In this document: positions 45,331 to 59,204 of the stretch, in pieces | Position numbering within the stretch: position 1 is the first letter of the stretch | Layout: each line of letters opens with the position of its first letter | Source of the DNA: Macrostomum hystrix | Taxonomy: Eukaryota; Animalia; Platyhelminthes | Length of the DNA stretch: 64,000 nt | Reading direction: 5' to 3' | Assembly: GCA_950097015.1 (NCBI GenBank) | Contig: CATNEN010000038.1 | Coordinates: 27,776,001-27,840,000, forward strand | Position numbers and translations under genes: made by a program | Notes under the pieces: generated by a model | Told to the model about the DNA's origin: nothing | Seen by the model: the letters and a program-made list of their open reading frames with translations, nothing else | Databases searched by the model: none

Positions 45331-48300
45331 GCTGACTTTTCGTTTTAAAAGTAATTCTTTAAACACTGCAATGTTTGAATGTTTGAACACCATAATGCTA
45401 AATATGATATATGAACCATAAATTAAGCATATCTATGATCTAACCATCTTGTTTTTTTTCAAAATAATATTTAAATATTACAAAAAATTATATGAAATAA
45501 CAATATGAATTGATATTTTAACTAAAAATTACATAGCTAGCAGTACAGGAAAGTCACTAAAGAACAAAACTAGCTTACATTGCTATAAACAATTAATAAA
45601 TTGATTTAGAGACTAGAGTACTGTTCTATTGTTTCTATAGCAAAGTCTAAAGATACAATTTTGCTTTTTAACTTTTTAATGAAGTTTTAGTTTTGCAAGC
45701 AGGTAGCTTTAAGCTATCATAGGATGACTTTTTACTGCAAGGACTTTTACACATTGGTATGAAAGTTTTTCAATTATTAATGATTGGTTTAAAAATAATC
45801 ATTTATAAAGTTAATAAATTTAACTAGAATTGGACAAAAATTAAGTAATGTAGTAGGGATGCTTTAACACTGAATCTTGTTTTTATTAAATTGGTACTAA
45901 TATTTTTGTTAGGTGCACAAACTTGTCAAATATTTTATACACAAAAATATGAATATCTGTATCTGAATGAATATACGTATAATATGAATATTTTACATGT
46001 TGAGTTAGTTGAGGCCGTGACCCTCTGATCTGTTCAGTGAATACTGGTTTAAGAAAAGGCCTTAGAGAGATTGCTTGTGCCAAGTGATATACTACCACAG
46101 AGAGAGAGATAAAGTGATAATCCCTGTTACAACCTTGGTGGCAGCAGTGGGATCAGTAAAAAAACAGATAATTGACCCATTGATGAGTAAGATCAAGATA
46201 TAGATCAAGCCCAAGCATAGGATTAAATCGATGCACTTGCTGAAGAATTAAAAAATAGGTTGGAGATTGTTCATGTAAAGATTAAAAAATTCACACCTAG
46301 TCAGGAAATTCAGAGGTGTCTCACCACATTTGATCATAGATGCCCGCCAGAAGGAATTTAAGTGGGCCATTGGAAGCAGGAATTGCTTGCCAAATTGTCC
46401 ACAGAATTTGTGTCAGTTCAGAGAATGAACCTACCAGAAAACCTTGAATATGAAAAATTTATGAAAATAATTAAATAGTAATTAATAGAAAGATTTGGAT
46501 ACATGGAAAATAAAACACTATAAATGGAATTTATTGCATAACTATAGCTTTTTCATTAAAAACCTATTTTTTATGATGTAGACCGAATCTTTTTAAGTTG
46601 AAAAACCGCGATTTTGTTTTAATTCCTGTAAAATACGTAAATTTGTTTTAATCTGAAAATAATTTGTTTAAATGTACCGTAATTATTTTGTTTAAACAAT
46701 AAAATTTTGGTATAAATACAGGAGCAAAAGTGAGAAAGAAATTAACCTTGTTCAACACAGTTTGAATCAAAGTTCGTATACAATACTCAGAATTGTGTTC
46801 TTTTCATTCTTTATAAAACATACGGAGACAAATACTAAGAAGGATTCCAGAGAGAGAAATAGAAAGTATTGCTGTACACTTGAGATCATTGGTAACACTC
46901 TTCGGAAAGCCTATACTCAGAAATACATCCATGCGATAATTATTCGGCCAGAATAACTAAATACGCTACCTTAGACTAACTAAAGACAATATTCAAAGAT
47001 AACTAAATACGCTACCAAGAAATTCTTTTGGATATATAGAATACATTCTCAGAAATTAATTCTAAGAAACATTAACAGTAAAGAATACAACAACATTGTG
47101 AGAGTAACAGTTAGAATAATAATTAGCGCTAGAACAACTTTGGTGGTATTCAGTAGAATAATAAAATATTATAAAATAACCCTAGGACAACTTTGACAGC
47201 AGCAGTGGGATTAATTAGCCCTACAACATTTAATAAACAATTTGTGATGTTGGCTTGTGTGGCCTTTCAGGCTGATTGTTTTAATACTAATGTGGGCTGT
47301 GCCATTAACAATATATATTTGTGCTTATGTGGCCTAATATTATTGTTAGAGTTCTACTGTAGCTATGGATACAACTATGGGAAATTACAGATTTGGACCT
47401 TTTTGGACAAATTTAGGGATATAGACATAAGACATGGTTATGAGAAATTTAGTTTCTTATATCTAGTTTCTGCATCTTGAGTTCTCAAGAAGAACCTATA
47501 ATTTGCACTGAAGTGAGTAAAAATAAACAGTGCAGAGACAATGCCTTATGACAGCTAAGGACAATTCACAGATTTCAAAGAATTTATGAAGACACTTTGG
47601 CTTATAATGGGAACTCTAAATTCCTTAGTATCCAGTATTCAAGCCTAAAAAATTGTGGTTGGGTTTTACCTTAATCTGCTGACTGTTGGTGGGTTATAAT
47701 AATAGACAGGATGTCACAAGATTTATAACAAAGGCAATTCTTTAGCCTGCCTATGATAAAAACTATTAATCCCCAGTTGTGGCTATGGGGACTCAAGCTT
47801 TAGGATTTCAATGCATGCAATTATAATTATAGGATGATGGAGAGGGCTTTACCCTAAACCTGTTGAGTCTTACAAAAGGCTCTGATTGGCTGCAGTCTCT
47901 CTCATTGTGTCTTTCTCGTGATGTCTCTGAGTAACATGCATTTATATCTCTTAAAGCATGTTTAAGAGATGCTGTGGAGGTTATAGAACAGTAATTTTTT
48001 GTCACAAATATGCTTAGGCCTTAGACCATGAAAAAATGTGGGTACAGACAGAACTCTAATAATAGACAGACTATGGTTGATAGTAAGTAATAAGAGATTT
48101 TGAATTGCAAAAATACTTCACCAAAAACAAGAGCAGATAATAAATATTTTTAGATTTTTTCCCAATATAAATTATAGGCCCTACTTAAGTCTGAGACTTG
48201 GCTAAACAAACTATGCCAATACTAGGCAGTATTTGAAATTATTTACTAGGGCCTAATTCAATAAGTTTTTATGCTTTTAGTTGTGACACAGTTAAGTAGT

Positions 48301-49540
48301 TTCTTTGCTTAAAAATTGTATCATAGGCCCTATTAACAATTTATTTAGAATAATTTACTAAACAAAACTACAATTGTCTTAAATTCACACCTCTAGGCCT
48401 AAGGCCTACCATAATAAATGTTGTTATTGAATAAGGTAGCCTACCCATATGCCTATAGTCCTAAGGCCCAAAGCGATAGGGAGGGCCTACAAGTAAGTCT
48501 GCAATACTGGTTTACTTAAGCTTTAGGCCTAGCTAATTTTAGGATAATTTGGCATTATGTTTAAATCTGATATCGTCTATGATGCTATAGGCCTATTGAA
48601 TATTTATTATGTGAAAATACATGTGAACTTTGTTTAATTTATTGTTAGCCCCAATAGAATAGACTTAAATCTCTAAATTGAAATCAACTGTAAAACAGAA
48701 ATTGCCAATTGAGAAAAATTGGATAGTTCCTATTGTTTACTTAGGCATAGGGCCTATATAAGTGTAGTAGGTGAATAATTCCACCTTATTATTCCTTTTA
48801 AATTTATGCGAACGAGAGAAGAAATTTAATATTTTGTTTGAATGCACCGATTGTTATAATACACCGCGAAACCACCCCTCCACTCTATTATATATAGAGC
48901 GCCTTTTTGGGAGTATGAAATCCAACTTGCGGACGTGCGAACAGACGTTCTCAAAGTACTAAACTCAAAAGTTCTAAAAAGACAGTTTCCAGTGCGAAGA
49001 AAAATATACATATATGAGTTATTCATATTAATAGGTAGAAAAAGTGTCTTACCGCTCGGACACTCACATGCTACCATAGAGTTAACAACTCTAATATAAG
49101 AAAATGTATATGTGTTAAACTGGTTAAATATTGCTGAAGTTAAATAATAAGAAAGATCCCTCCAACATAAGGTCTAGAGAGCGTTTGGGTACAGTTGTTC
49201 ACGTTATGACTGAGGCGTTGTCCATATTTCTTTTTACAGAGTCTACACGAGTTTTGGGTGTTTACTTTTTGGTATGAATTCGATTTTAAGTGGCGCTTTA
49301 TAACGTTTATAGTTTTTCATTAAATGTTTTACGGTGTATAGATGGATTAACAAAGCTAACATACATTCTTTTTTGTTTAATTTGTACAGTAAAAAATATT
49401 GACTTTATTGTATCAACTGGTAGGCTTTTTACATGTCAGAAGTATTTAATAAGCTTTCTTGTGCACGCACTTATTTAAGAGATAAATATTTAAATATTTT
49501 ACACTTGCCAAAACCGCTTTCCGAACTCATCCAAATAAAC

Positions 49541-49706
49541 CGGTGGCGTAGCTAGGGTGATACGGGGTTATATCCCCCCCAAGCGGAAGAAAAATTGTTG
49601 GAGAATTAAAAGGGGGAGTATTACCATTAAAAACAGTCTATTTTTTAATTGTCCATTTAACTTTTTTCCTTTATCCCCCCATCGAAAATCCCTAGCTCCG
49701 CCACTA
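49541..49706. mobile_element. hAT-like MITE
   Basis: TIRs CGGTGGCGTAGCTAGGG / CCCTAGCTCCGCCACTA. Flanks AAATAAAC and AAATATGC (6/8 match, degenerate 8-bp TSD). Confidence 0.7.
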
Positions 49707-50587
49707 AAATATGCATAAAATAAATAAGATGGGCAAAACAGGCTGCTTGCTTGAGGCCCTGAGCGAACCTACCTACCTTTTATATTATTAATCTGAAGCC
49801 GCCCGTCTGCTATGTGTTGTTGAGTAATTATCGCTGCTTTTGATTGAACTTTTCACTCTGCTACACATGAGAAATGATTAGGTTAATGTGCAACAGCTGG
49901 CAGTTAAATGGTTTTTATTTGCAGCCTTTAAGCCAGTTTTTATACATAGTCATAAAATATATCAAGTCAATGACTTTGCTATGAATATGTGAATATGATA
50001 TCTGCTAAAAAATCATTTTGCAAAGCAATTTTACAATACATCAATTCTCTGCATTGGCAAAACTATTCCAACTATAAAATGTTTTGTTGCTTCAAGTCAT
50101 CTATCTAAGACTAGGTTAACCAAAGGAAACAAAAACTGAGTCCTTATATGCCTACTAAGACAGGCCAACAATGATTAGCAAAAAATTAATGCACAAGTCT
50201 GGGGCCTAGGCTATTTGTAAGTCAGTTTTGATAGATTATGTGTTATATTGATGCACTATATAAATAAATGACTATATAAATAATTTAAAGGCGAACAGAT
50301 ATATAGTTCAAGCATCTTATATTTTGCTCAAAATAATGTATCATTTTCAGTTAGCATGACTACAAAAGTACAATCTTCTAACCATTGCAAATTTTTAAAG
50401 GCTAATATACATATTATAAAACTGTATAAACTTCAAGCCAATAATTTTATTCATTCCGTATCTAAATAATTTTGTAAAATGATTTTCTATTTTAGTCTTT
50501 ATTGTTTATAGGCATAGCTTGCTTTATTATATATTAATAAATTTCTAGCTAGCTACTTAGGCAATTACCTAATTCAAATTCCATTTC

Positions 50588-50870
50588 AGCTGTTACCTAT
50601 GTGGACTGTGTCTGCCCGAATGGCACAGAGCCACATGTCACCACTTTTGTCTGTCCTTAGAAAACAGGACTTAAACCCAAGTTGCACAAAGTGGCATTTC
50701 AAAACAAGACTAGTAAAGCAAGCAGTGACAATAATAGGGTAAAAGAACAGGCTAGTGAGGATTGATAAGCTCCCTACTAGTGAAGCCACAGGTGAAAGAG
50801 AGACTAAAGACTAGCTGCATGGAGTTGAAGTCCTCTCCAGACTAGAGCCAGACAAATAAGAGTGAAAAGC
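50588..50870 (+). mobile_element. Possible highly decayed LTR-type reverse transcriptase remnant
   Basis: AVTYVDCVC..PHV..TGLKPKLHKVAF loosely follows the YVDD..H..GL...KC.F pattern, with stops and frameshifts. Confidence 0.25.
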
Positions 50871-51655
50871 CCACTTAAATGGTATAGGGGGAAGTGAAAA
50901 TCAAACTAACATGACTATAATGATTACTATTATGTGGTAGTAAACATGCAAATAAATAAGGGTGCAAGAGCAAAGACTAGGCAACCTGGAACAATAGTAG
51001 CCAACTCGGACAGAGATGTGATAAAAGATATGGAGTCTGCTGAAGTGAAACTAGACAATCAAGAAAGGCAGAGGGGTAAGAGCCAATGCCAAAAGGACTG
51101 TCGGACAGACTAGAAAGGAGATGCAGAAGAAAGGTTGATCAAGTGTTGAGTGCTGGTAGAGAAGCCAAACTCAGTAGAGGGAATAATGAGCTGAGTTTTA
51201 ATAAGGCTCAGTCAGAAGAAAAGGGTTGCCAAAAAGGGAAGAAAAATAGGTGCACACATAGTTGATTACTAGGCTGATTACAAGTGAAGTCACAACTACG
51301 TTGCTAGACTAGTGGTTCACTTCACTAATATTTTCAATCATGCAATCATGCAAAGTAACTAACATATTACTAAAATATAAATTATGTCTCAGTGCACTTT
51401 TTAACAGAAACAATTAATATAATTAAAAAATTAAAGTATTTAAGAAGCTTTTTGTGCATGTATAGTTTAATATACTATCTAGTTTAAAATTAAATAATTT
51501 AAAGTGAAGTGTGTAGTAATTAGTTCAATCAAGTTCTTTTTTAATTTAATCTAGTCAAGTATAAAAAGTGGAAATTATTATTTGTTTTTACAACTACTAA
51601 TTAGCAAAAATGTGAAATCATGAAAAGAATTTTATTTCTTGTCTTTCAGAAACCA

Positions 51656-54600
51656 ATGTTAACAGCTAGCCAGCCAAGCAATGGAGACTTGCAACATATT
51701 AATCCTGAAACAGAATCAAATCTGGCCACTCCGCAGGAACTTAAAAGAATCGTTCATGATTTCTTTTACAATAGTTCTCAAGTGGTTGAATCACAGTTTA
51801 GTAATTTGTCTATTGGCTCCATTGTCAGTACATCATTTAATTTTCCTGAACCACTTGAAGATTCACATTCAATTGGCTGGAATGTTGAATTGCTAAATCA
51901 AATTACTCCTGCACTAAAGTCCATTGGTTTGTCACCATCACAATGTAAATGTAAGTCGACCTAATGCTTACACTCGTAATCGGGTAATCTTTAGAAATAC
52001 TGGCCTTATCTTTACTAGCTATCTTGTCTTCTCTAGGAGTAAGGAACCATGCATAAGTATTAAGTAACACTGACTATTTTCTTGTCTGCCATATTTGCAC
52101 ATTCTACTCTACCCAGACACTGTCTACTCTACTCAGACACTGTCTACTCTACTCAGACACTGTCTATTCTACTCAGACACTGTCTACTCTACTCAGACAC
52201 TGTCTACTCTAATCAGACACTGTCTACTCTACTCAGACACTGTCTATTCTACTCAGACACTGTCTACTCTACTCAGACACTGTCTACTCTAATCAGACAC
52301 TGTCTACTCTACTCAGACACTGTCTACTCTACTCAGACACTGTCTACTCTACTCAGACACTGTCTAGTCTAATCAGACACTGTCAAGTCTAATCATTCAC
52401 TGTCTAGTCTAATCAGACACTGACTACTCTACTCAGATAATACTCAACTCAAGTCGCTGTCTACTCCATTCAGACTCTGTCATGAGTCATTTTGTAAACC
52501 TTAACTGTTTTCAGCTGAGCCGCCAACACCGGATGACTTCAATGAGTCGCCGAGTTCACCGTTTAAAACCAGCAGCCTTCCCTGCCGCCGTCGTTTAATA
52601 GTCGACCTAAATCCCAACGGATTTTCCCAACGTCGACGCTGCTCTCACGAGGCGCCAAAGTCGAGCAGCTTCGGCGCTTATTGTCGCCGCCGTCGGCGAA
52701 TATCTTCCACTGGTACTGGCGAAGACGATGTGACTAACAAATATCTTCAGACTAATGATCAAAATGAAAATTCGTGTAATAAGGATAGGAATGCAACAAT
52801 TTCAAAGCAGGCAAAACTGACACCACCACAGCCGCTGCAGTTTCATCGCAGTCACAGCGCCTCGTGCAGCCACCAGCCTTGCCGTAATTTTTCTGTCATC
52901 AATGATCAGCTTCGAATCCAGTTATCTGCTTCTAGTAGCAGCATGTCAGCGAATATCTTGAATGCGGGCAATGATGATGAAGGATTGGACGAAGATCTCG
53001 CGATGGGCCGACGCCTGTTATTACCGGTTGAGCCTTGGAGCGATGCCAGATTCGGAATTGGGTAGGCTTTTGTTCTCAAGGATTTTGTTTACTTATTTTG
53101 TTTTTCTCCCTTCCTTACCCCTTTCATCTTCCCCTTCCTCACCCCTCTCATCTCCCCTACCTCACCCCTCTCATCTCCCCTTCTCAGCCCTCTCATCTTC
53201 CCCTTACTCAACCCTCTCATCTCCCCTTACTCACCCCTCTCATCTCCCCTTACTCCCCCCTCTCATCTTCTCATTCCTCACCCCTCTTATCTTCCCCTTC
53301 CTCACCCCTCTCATCTCCCCTTACTCACCCTCTCATCTTCTCATTCCTCACCCCTCTCATCTCCCCTTACTCACCCTCTCATCTTCTCATTCCTCATCCC
53401 TCTCATCTTCCCCTCACCCCTCTTATCTTCCCCTTCCTCACCCCTCTCATCTTCCCCTCACCCCTCTTATCTTCCCCTTCCTCAGCCCTCTCATCTTCCC
53501 CTTCCTCAGCCCTCTCATCTTCCCCTTCCTCACCCCTCTTATCCTCCACTTTCTCACCCCTCTTATCCTCCACTTCCTCACCCCTCTTATCCTCCACTTC
53601 CTCACCCTCTTATCTTCCCCTTCCTCACCCTCTTATCCTCCACTTCCTCACCCTCTTATCTTCCCCTTCCTCACCCTCTTATCTTTCCCTCACCCCTCTT
53701 ATCTTCCCCTTCCTCAGCCCTCTCATCTTCCCCTTCCTCAGCCCTCTCATCTTCCCCTTCCTCACCCCTCTTATCCTCCACTTTCTCACCCCTCTTATCC
53801 TCCACTTCCTCACCCCTCTTATCCTCCACTTCCTCACCCCTCTTATCCTCCACTTCCTCACCCTCTTATCTTCCCCTTCCTCACCCTCTTATCCTCCACT
53901 TCCTCACCCTCTTATCTTCCCCTTCCTCACCCTCTTATCTTTCCCTCACCCCTCTTATCTTCCTCTTTCTCATCCCTCTCATCCCCCATTTCTCTTTACT
54001 TTCCTCATCCGTTTATCTTTTCTTTCTTCCCCATTTTCCTCAGATTGTTAACATCAAATTGTATTGAACTACTCCTAGTAGACCAGTTAGGTTTTTAATT
54101 GCATTTAGTCAGTTCCTCAAATCTCCCACTTAGAAGTTTAAAATGGAAAACACTTTCATAAGAATTCAGTTGTACAAAAAACATGACCTTTGCATCTTAA
54201 ACACGTGCGAGTTAGCGATTGAGTCCATGAAATATGAAACTCTAGGTCAAGTGCTGTACCGTTGCATTCATTTTTGTCTTGCATTAATCATTCGTTTATT
54301 TTTTAGGAAATCTTTCATTTCAATGTACCACAATAAGTTTTGAGCCAGAATTTGATCAATCGACTTAGGGAGAGAAGTAAATATGAAAACGAGGGTGAGA
54401 AGTAGATAGACTGAGGGAGAGAAGTGAATATAATAACGAGGGTGAGAAGTAGATAGACTGAGGGAAAGAAGTAAATATGAAAACGAGGGTGAGAAGTAGA
54501 TAGACTAAGGGAGAGAAGTAGATAGACTGAGGGTGAGAAGTAGATAGACTGAGGGAGAGAAGTAGATAGACTGAGGGTGAGAAGTAGATAGACTGAGGCT

Positions 54601-57570
54601 GAGAAGTACACAGACACAGTCACAGACTGAGGGTGAGAAGTAGATAGACTGTGGGTGAGAAGTAGATAGACTGAGGCTGAGAAGTAGATAGACTGAGGGA
54701 AAGAAGTAAATATGAAAACGAGGGTGAGAAGAAGATAGACTGAGGGAGAGAAGTAAATATAAAAACGAGGGTGAGAAGTAGTAGACGGAGGGTTAGAAGT
54801 AGATAGACTGAGGGTGAGAAGTAGATAGACTGAGGCTGAGAAGTACACAGACACACAGACTGAGGGTGAGAAGTAGATAGACTGAGGCTGAGAAGTACAC
54901 AGACACACAGACTGAGGGTGAGAAGTAGATAGACTGAGGCTGAGAAGTAGATTGAAATGAAAAGGAAAAAATAAATGTTTAGATTGGTATAAGTTTTCTA
55001 TGCAAACATACAACCAAAGAAATAGGCTCTTTGGGATTAACCATAATTATTAATGTGGTCTCATCTGAGCAAACATTTTCTGGCTGACTGGAATAAATAT
55101 AAGGCAAATCTACAATGTCTTCCTCCGATCTCATAGATCTGTTTTTTAGCATAGTTATAATTAAAAAGGAATTTTTACTCGCCTATTTTGTATTAAACCG
55201 AAAACTTGTTCAATTCTAAATAGTTTATTAAGTAGACACAGTATTGAAACGATATTGGAACGCTGTAAAGTAAAAATGCTAGTAAAAAGTGTACTTTAAT
55301 TCAGTAGTTTCATAAAATCGGTTCGTTTAAATTTAGTTTCGACGGAGTAAAAATAGGAACTTATTAGTAAGCAGTTTTGGTTATTGATTTTAACATTCGC
55401 ATCAATCATCCTAATTGTTTGTATTGAACTTGTTCTCGTAGTCTCGCAAGTAGCTAATAAATATTAAATTCAAATTTTAGAACTGAGCTTTACCTTGTTG
55501 AAGGTTTTTATACTAAAAGTACAAATCCTTTTTACGTTTTTTGTTTATCTATCTATACTAGAAAGTCACACACACACAAATTCAGTCATTGAGTGATCAG
55601 TCACAGATGCACAAATTCAGTCATTGAGTGATCAGTCACAGATGCACAAATTCAGTCATTGAGTGATCAGTCACAGACGCACAAATTCAGTCATTGAGTG
55701 ATCAGTCACAGATGCACAAATTCAGTCATTGAGTGATCAGTCACAGACGCACAAATTCAGTCATTGAGTGATCAGTCACAGACGCACAAATTCAGTCATT
55801 GAGTGATCAGTCACAGACGCACAAATTCAGTCATTGAGTGATCAGTCACAGATGCACAAATTCAGTCATTGAGTGATCAGTCACAGACACACAAATTCAG
55901 TCATTGAGTGATCAGTCACAGACACACAAATTCAGTCATTGAGTGATCAGTCACAGACACACAAATTCAGTCATTGAGTGATCAGTCACAGATGCACAAA
56001 TTCAGTCATTGAGTGATCAGTCACAGATGCACAAATTCAGTCATTGAGTGATCAGTCACAGACGCACAAATTCAGTCATTGAGTGATCAGTCACAGATGC
56101 ACAAATTCAGTCATTGAGTGATCAGTCACAGACGCACAAATTCAGTCATTGAGTGATCAGTCACAGACGCACAAATTCAGTCATTGAGTGATCAGTCACA
56201 GACGCACAAATTCAGTCATTGAGTGATCAGTCACAGATGCACAAATTCAGTCATTGAGTGATCAGTCACAGACACACAAATTCAGTCATTGAGTGATCAG
56301 TCACAGACACACAAATTCAGTCATTGAGTGATCAGTCACAGACACACAAATTCAGTCATTGAGTGATCAGTCACAGACACTAATTCAGTCATTGAGTGAT
56401 CAGTCACAGACACTAATTCAGTCATTGAGTGATCAGTCACAGACACTAATTCAGTCATTGAGTGATCAGTCACAGACACTAATTCAGTCATTGAGTGATC
56501 AGTCACAGACACTAATTCAGTCATTGAGTGATCAGTTAAAATCTGTTTAGTTTCGGTAGATATTTTTTTCGAATCCTAACACTTATTTTATATTCCAGAC
56601 AAATCTCGCCTTGTACTTTAGCCTCGGCCATGACAATAGGCCATGGCGTTGATCTAGCTGGTTACTCACTGCTCATTGTTGACTGCCGATTCCCCTACGA
56701 ATGGTCAGCTGGACGAGTTCGCGATGCTGTGAATATCTACCTGCCTGATCAGCTTTTTGAGGCCATGTTGTCTGAGCATACTCAACTAACAAAAACTCTG
56801 TTGGGTGAGTGAATTTGGCACGACTGGGAATCCTAGATCCTAAACTGAAATCCCATATAGGAATCCTAGATCCTAAACTGAAATCCCATATAGGAATCCT
56901 AGATCCTAAACTGAAATCCCATTTAGGAATCGTAGATCCTAAACTGAAATCCCATATAGGAATCCTAGATCCTAAACTGAAATCCCATTTAGGAATCGTA
57001 GATCCTAAACTGAAATCCCATATAGGAATCCTAGATCCCAAACTGAAATCCCATATAGGAATCCTAGATCCTAAACTGAAATCCCATCTAGTATCTAAGG
57101 TCTAAGATACTAGGATCTAGGAATCCTAGATCCCAAACTAGAAGCCCTTATAGGAATCCTAGATCCCAAACTAAAATCCCTTATACAAATCCTAGATCTC
57201 AAACCTATCTATACTCATTTGTTCGCGAACCTCATGTAAACTCCCAGTGTTCTACTGCGAGTTCAGCTCCGAACGAGCTCCACGCCTAGCCAGTCTCCTT
57301 CGCAGCTGCGACCGTCAGCTCAGCCTGAGCCAGGGCCGCTATCCACTGCTCCAATATCCCCAGCTGTGCCTCCTCCGTGGCGGCTACCGGGCTTTCAACG
57401 CCAGCCATCCTCAGCTCTGCCAGCCGGCCGGCTACACCAGAATGTCCGATTCGCGCTTCGCTGACGACTGCGCCAACTGTCTCAGCCAGTTGAATGCCTG
57501 GGAGAGAATCAGGCATCAGCGAAGTTTCGCGACTAGACGGCAAAAGATGCGGAAGTCCGTTTTTGATTGA
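51656..57570 (+). CDS. CDC25: Cdc25/string M-phase inducer phosphatase; 4 coding exons, 456 aa
   Basis: Exons 51656-51950, 52515-53061, 56599-56804, 57248-57570 (1371 nt, phases 1,2,1 consistent). QISPCTL, IVDCRFPYE, AVNIY, FYCEFSSERAP (CX5R), YPQLCLLRGGYRAF. N-terminal region rich in SP/TP. Confidence 0.92.
52100..52470. repeat. 20-bp minisatellite (ACTCAGACACTGTCTACTCT), CDC25 intron 1
   Basis: Directly visible. Confidence 0.93.
53105..54040. repeat. Polypyrimidine degenerate ~23-25-bp repeat, CDC25 intron 2
   Basis: CTCACCCCTCTYATCTTCCCCTTC-type units. Confidence 0.9.
54362..54950. repeat. 22-bp purine-rich minisatellite (GAGGGTGAGAAGTAGATAGACT), CDC25 intron 2
   Basis: Directly visible. 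Confidence 0.9.
55565..56536. repeat. 35-bp minisatellite (last units 33 bp), CDC25 intron 2
   Basis: Unit CAGAYRCACAAATTCAGTCATTGAGTGATCAGTCA. Confidence 0.95.
56826..57203. repeat. 33-bp minisatellite filling CDC25 intron 3
   Basis: Unit GGAATCCTAGATCCTAAACTGAAATCCCATATA. Confidence 0.94.
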
Positions 57571-57784
57571 CTTAGTGATAACTTGTTTTTTAAGCTTCGT
57601 CACACTTTCTAGATTTGAAACATTTTTCTAGATTATGAGCAGTTAAACTACGACTAAATCACCATCTTTATTGTTTATTGTATAAATCGTCTTGTTTATC
57701 AAGTTGATTCAACTGTCCTAACGGAAAAAACTAATTTTCTGTTTTTCCAGTTATATCTACTTTAATTTCCTTATTTCATTTTTT

Positions 57785-58760
57785 GTTCTCGTTCTTCCTA
57801 CTCTTTCTTCCCCTTCTCTCCCTTCTTTCCTTTCTTCCCCTTCGCCCGTATCTTACCTATCTTCCCATTTTTACTTTCTTTCCCTTCTTCCCTTTCTTCC
57901 CCTTCTTCCCTTTCTTCCCCTTCTTCCCTTTCTTCCTTTTCTTCTCCTTCGTCCCTTTCTTACCTATCTTCCCTTTCTTCCGCTTCTTCCGTTTCTTCCC
58001 CCTCTTCCCTTTCTTCCCCTTCTTCCCTTTCTTACCCTTCTTCCCTTTCTTCCTTTTCTTCTTCTTCGTCCCTTTCTTCCGCCTCTTCCCTTTCTTCCCC
58101 TTCGTCCCTTTCTTCCCTATCTTCCCCTTCTCTCCCTTCTTTCCTTTCTTCCCCTTCGTCCCTTTCTTGCCTATCTTCCCATTTTTCCTTTCTTCCCCTT
58201 CTTCCCTTTCTTCCCCTTCTCTCCCTTCTTCTCTTTCTTCCCCTTCTTCCCCTTCTTTCCTTTCTTCCCCTTCGCCCGTATCTTACCTATCTTCCCATTT
58301 TTACTTTCTTTCCCTTCTTCCCTTTCTTCCCATTCTTCCCCTTCTTCCCTTTCTTCCCCCTCTTCCCTTTCTTCCTTTTCTTCTCCTTCGTCCCTTTCTT
58401 ACCTATCTTCCCTTTCTTCCGCTTCTTCCGTTTCTTCCCCCTTTTCCCTTTCTTACCTATCTTCCCTTTCTTCCGCTTCTTCCGTTTCTTCCCCCTTTTC
58501 CCTTTCTTCCCCTTCTTCCCTTTCTTACCCTTCTTCCAATTTTCTTTTCTTCCCACTCTTCCCTTCCTCCCCCTACGTCCCTTTCTTCCCCTTCGTCCCT
58601 TTCTTCCCCTTCTCTCCCTTCTTCTCTTTCTTCCCCTTCTTCCCATTTTTCCTTTCTCCCCTTTCTTCCCTTTCTTCCCAATCTTCCCTCTCTTCCCCTT
58701 TTCCCCTTCTTCTCTTTCTTCCTATCCTTTTCCTCCTTCTCCCCATCTCCATCTTATTTT
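57785..58760. repeat. Polypyrimidine (TTCTTCCCY)n low-complexity tract 3' of CDC25
   Basis: Directly visible. Confidence 0.92.
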
Positions 58761-59204
58761 ACTTGTTCTTCCCATTGAGATATACAAGAAGTTAAGTAAA
58801 AATTGTGATAAGAGGAAAGTGTGTTTTAATCGAAATTTCACTTGCTGTCTGTTTGTTTATAAATGCAGCTAGTATTTTTATCTCAATTTTCGATCATCAA
58901 AGTCGTTTTCATTGCTTTTAGCAGCCAATGTTTTCCTGCTTGGCATATTGTTTTTATTCTTGATTAATTTAGCTACAAAAATAATTGCGTTTATTATTAT
59001 CTTTTACACCTGTTCTCTTTAGAAATGTAAATATTTTCTATATCCGAAAAAATTCCGAAATGTTGTTGGTAATAAATATAAAACAATGAGATAATAAGTT
59101 AATAATAGTTTCGAAGCTTCATTTTAAGAATCAACATTGTAAAACTCGGTTTCGTAAATTTATGGCTTGCTGATGAGGTTTTATTAATTTGACAAAATAA
59201 TAAG

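Larger units (their letters stand above)
33185..48286. repeat. 7.54-kb tandem segmental duplication (33185-40727 and 40743-48286)
   Basis: All ORFs recur at +7558/+7559. The only difference I noticed is T7 vs T8 near 35766/43324. A 15-bp linker lies at 40728-40742. Confidence 0.97.

Noticed and set aside
52962-55013. Pro/Leu/Ser-rich ORFs in CDC25 intron 2 (and 57783-58778)
   Set aside because: Translations of polypyrimidine or polypurine low-complexity tracts.
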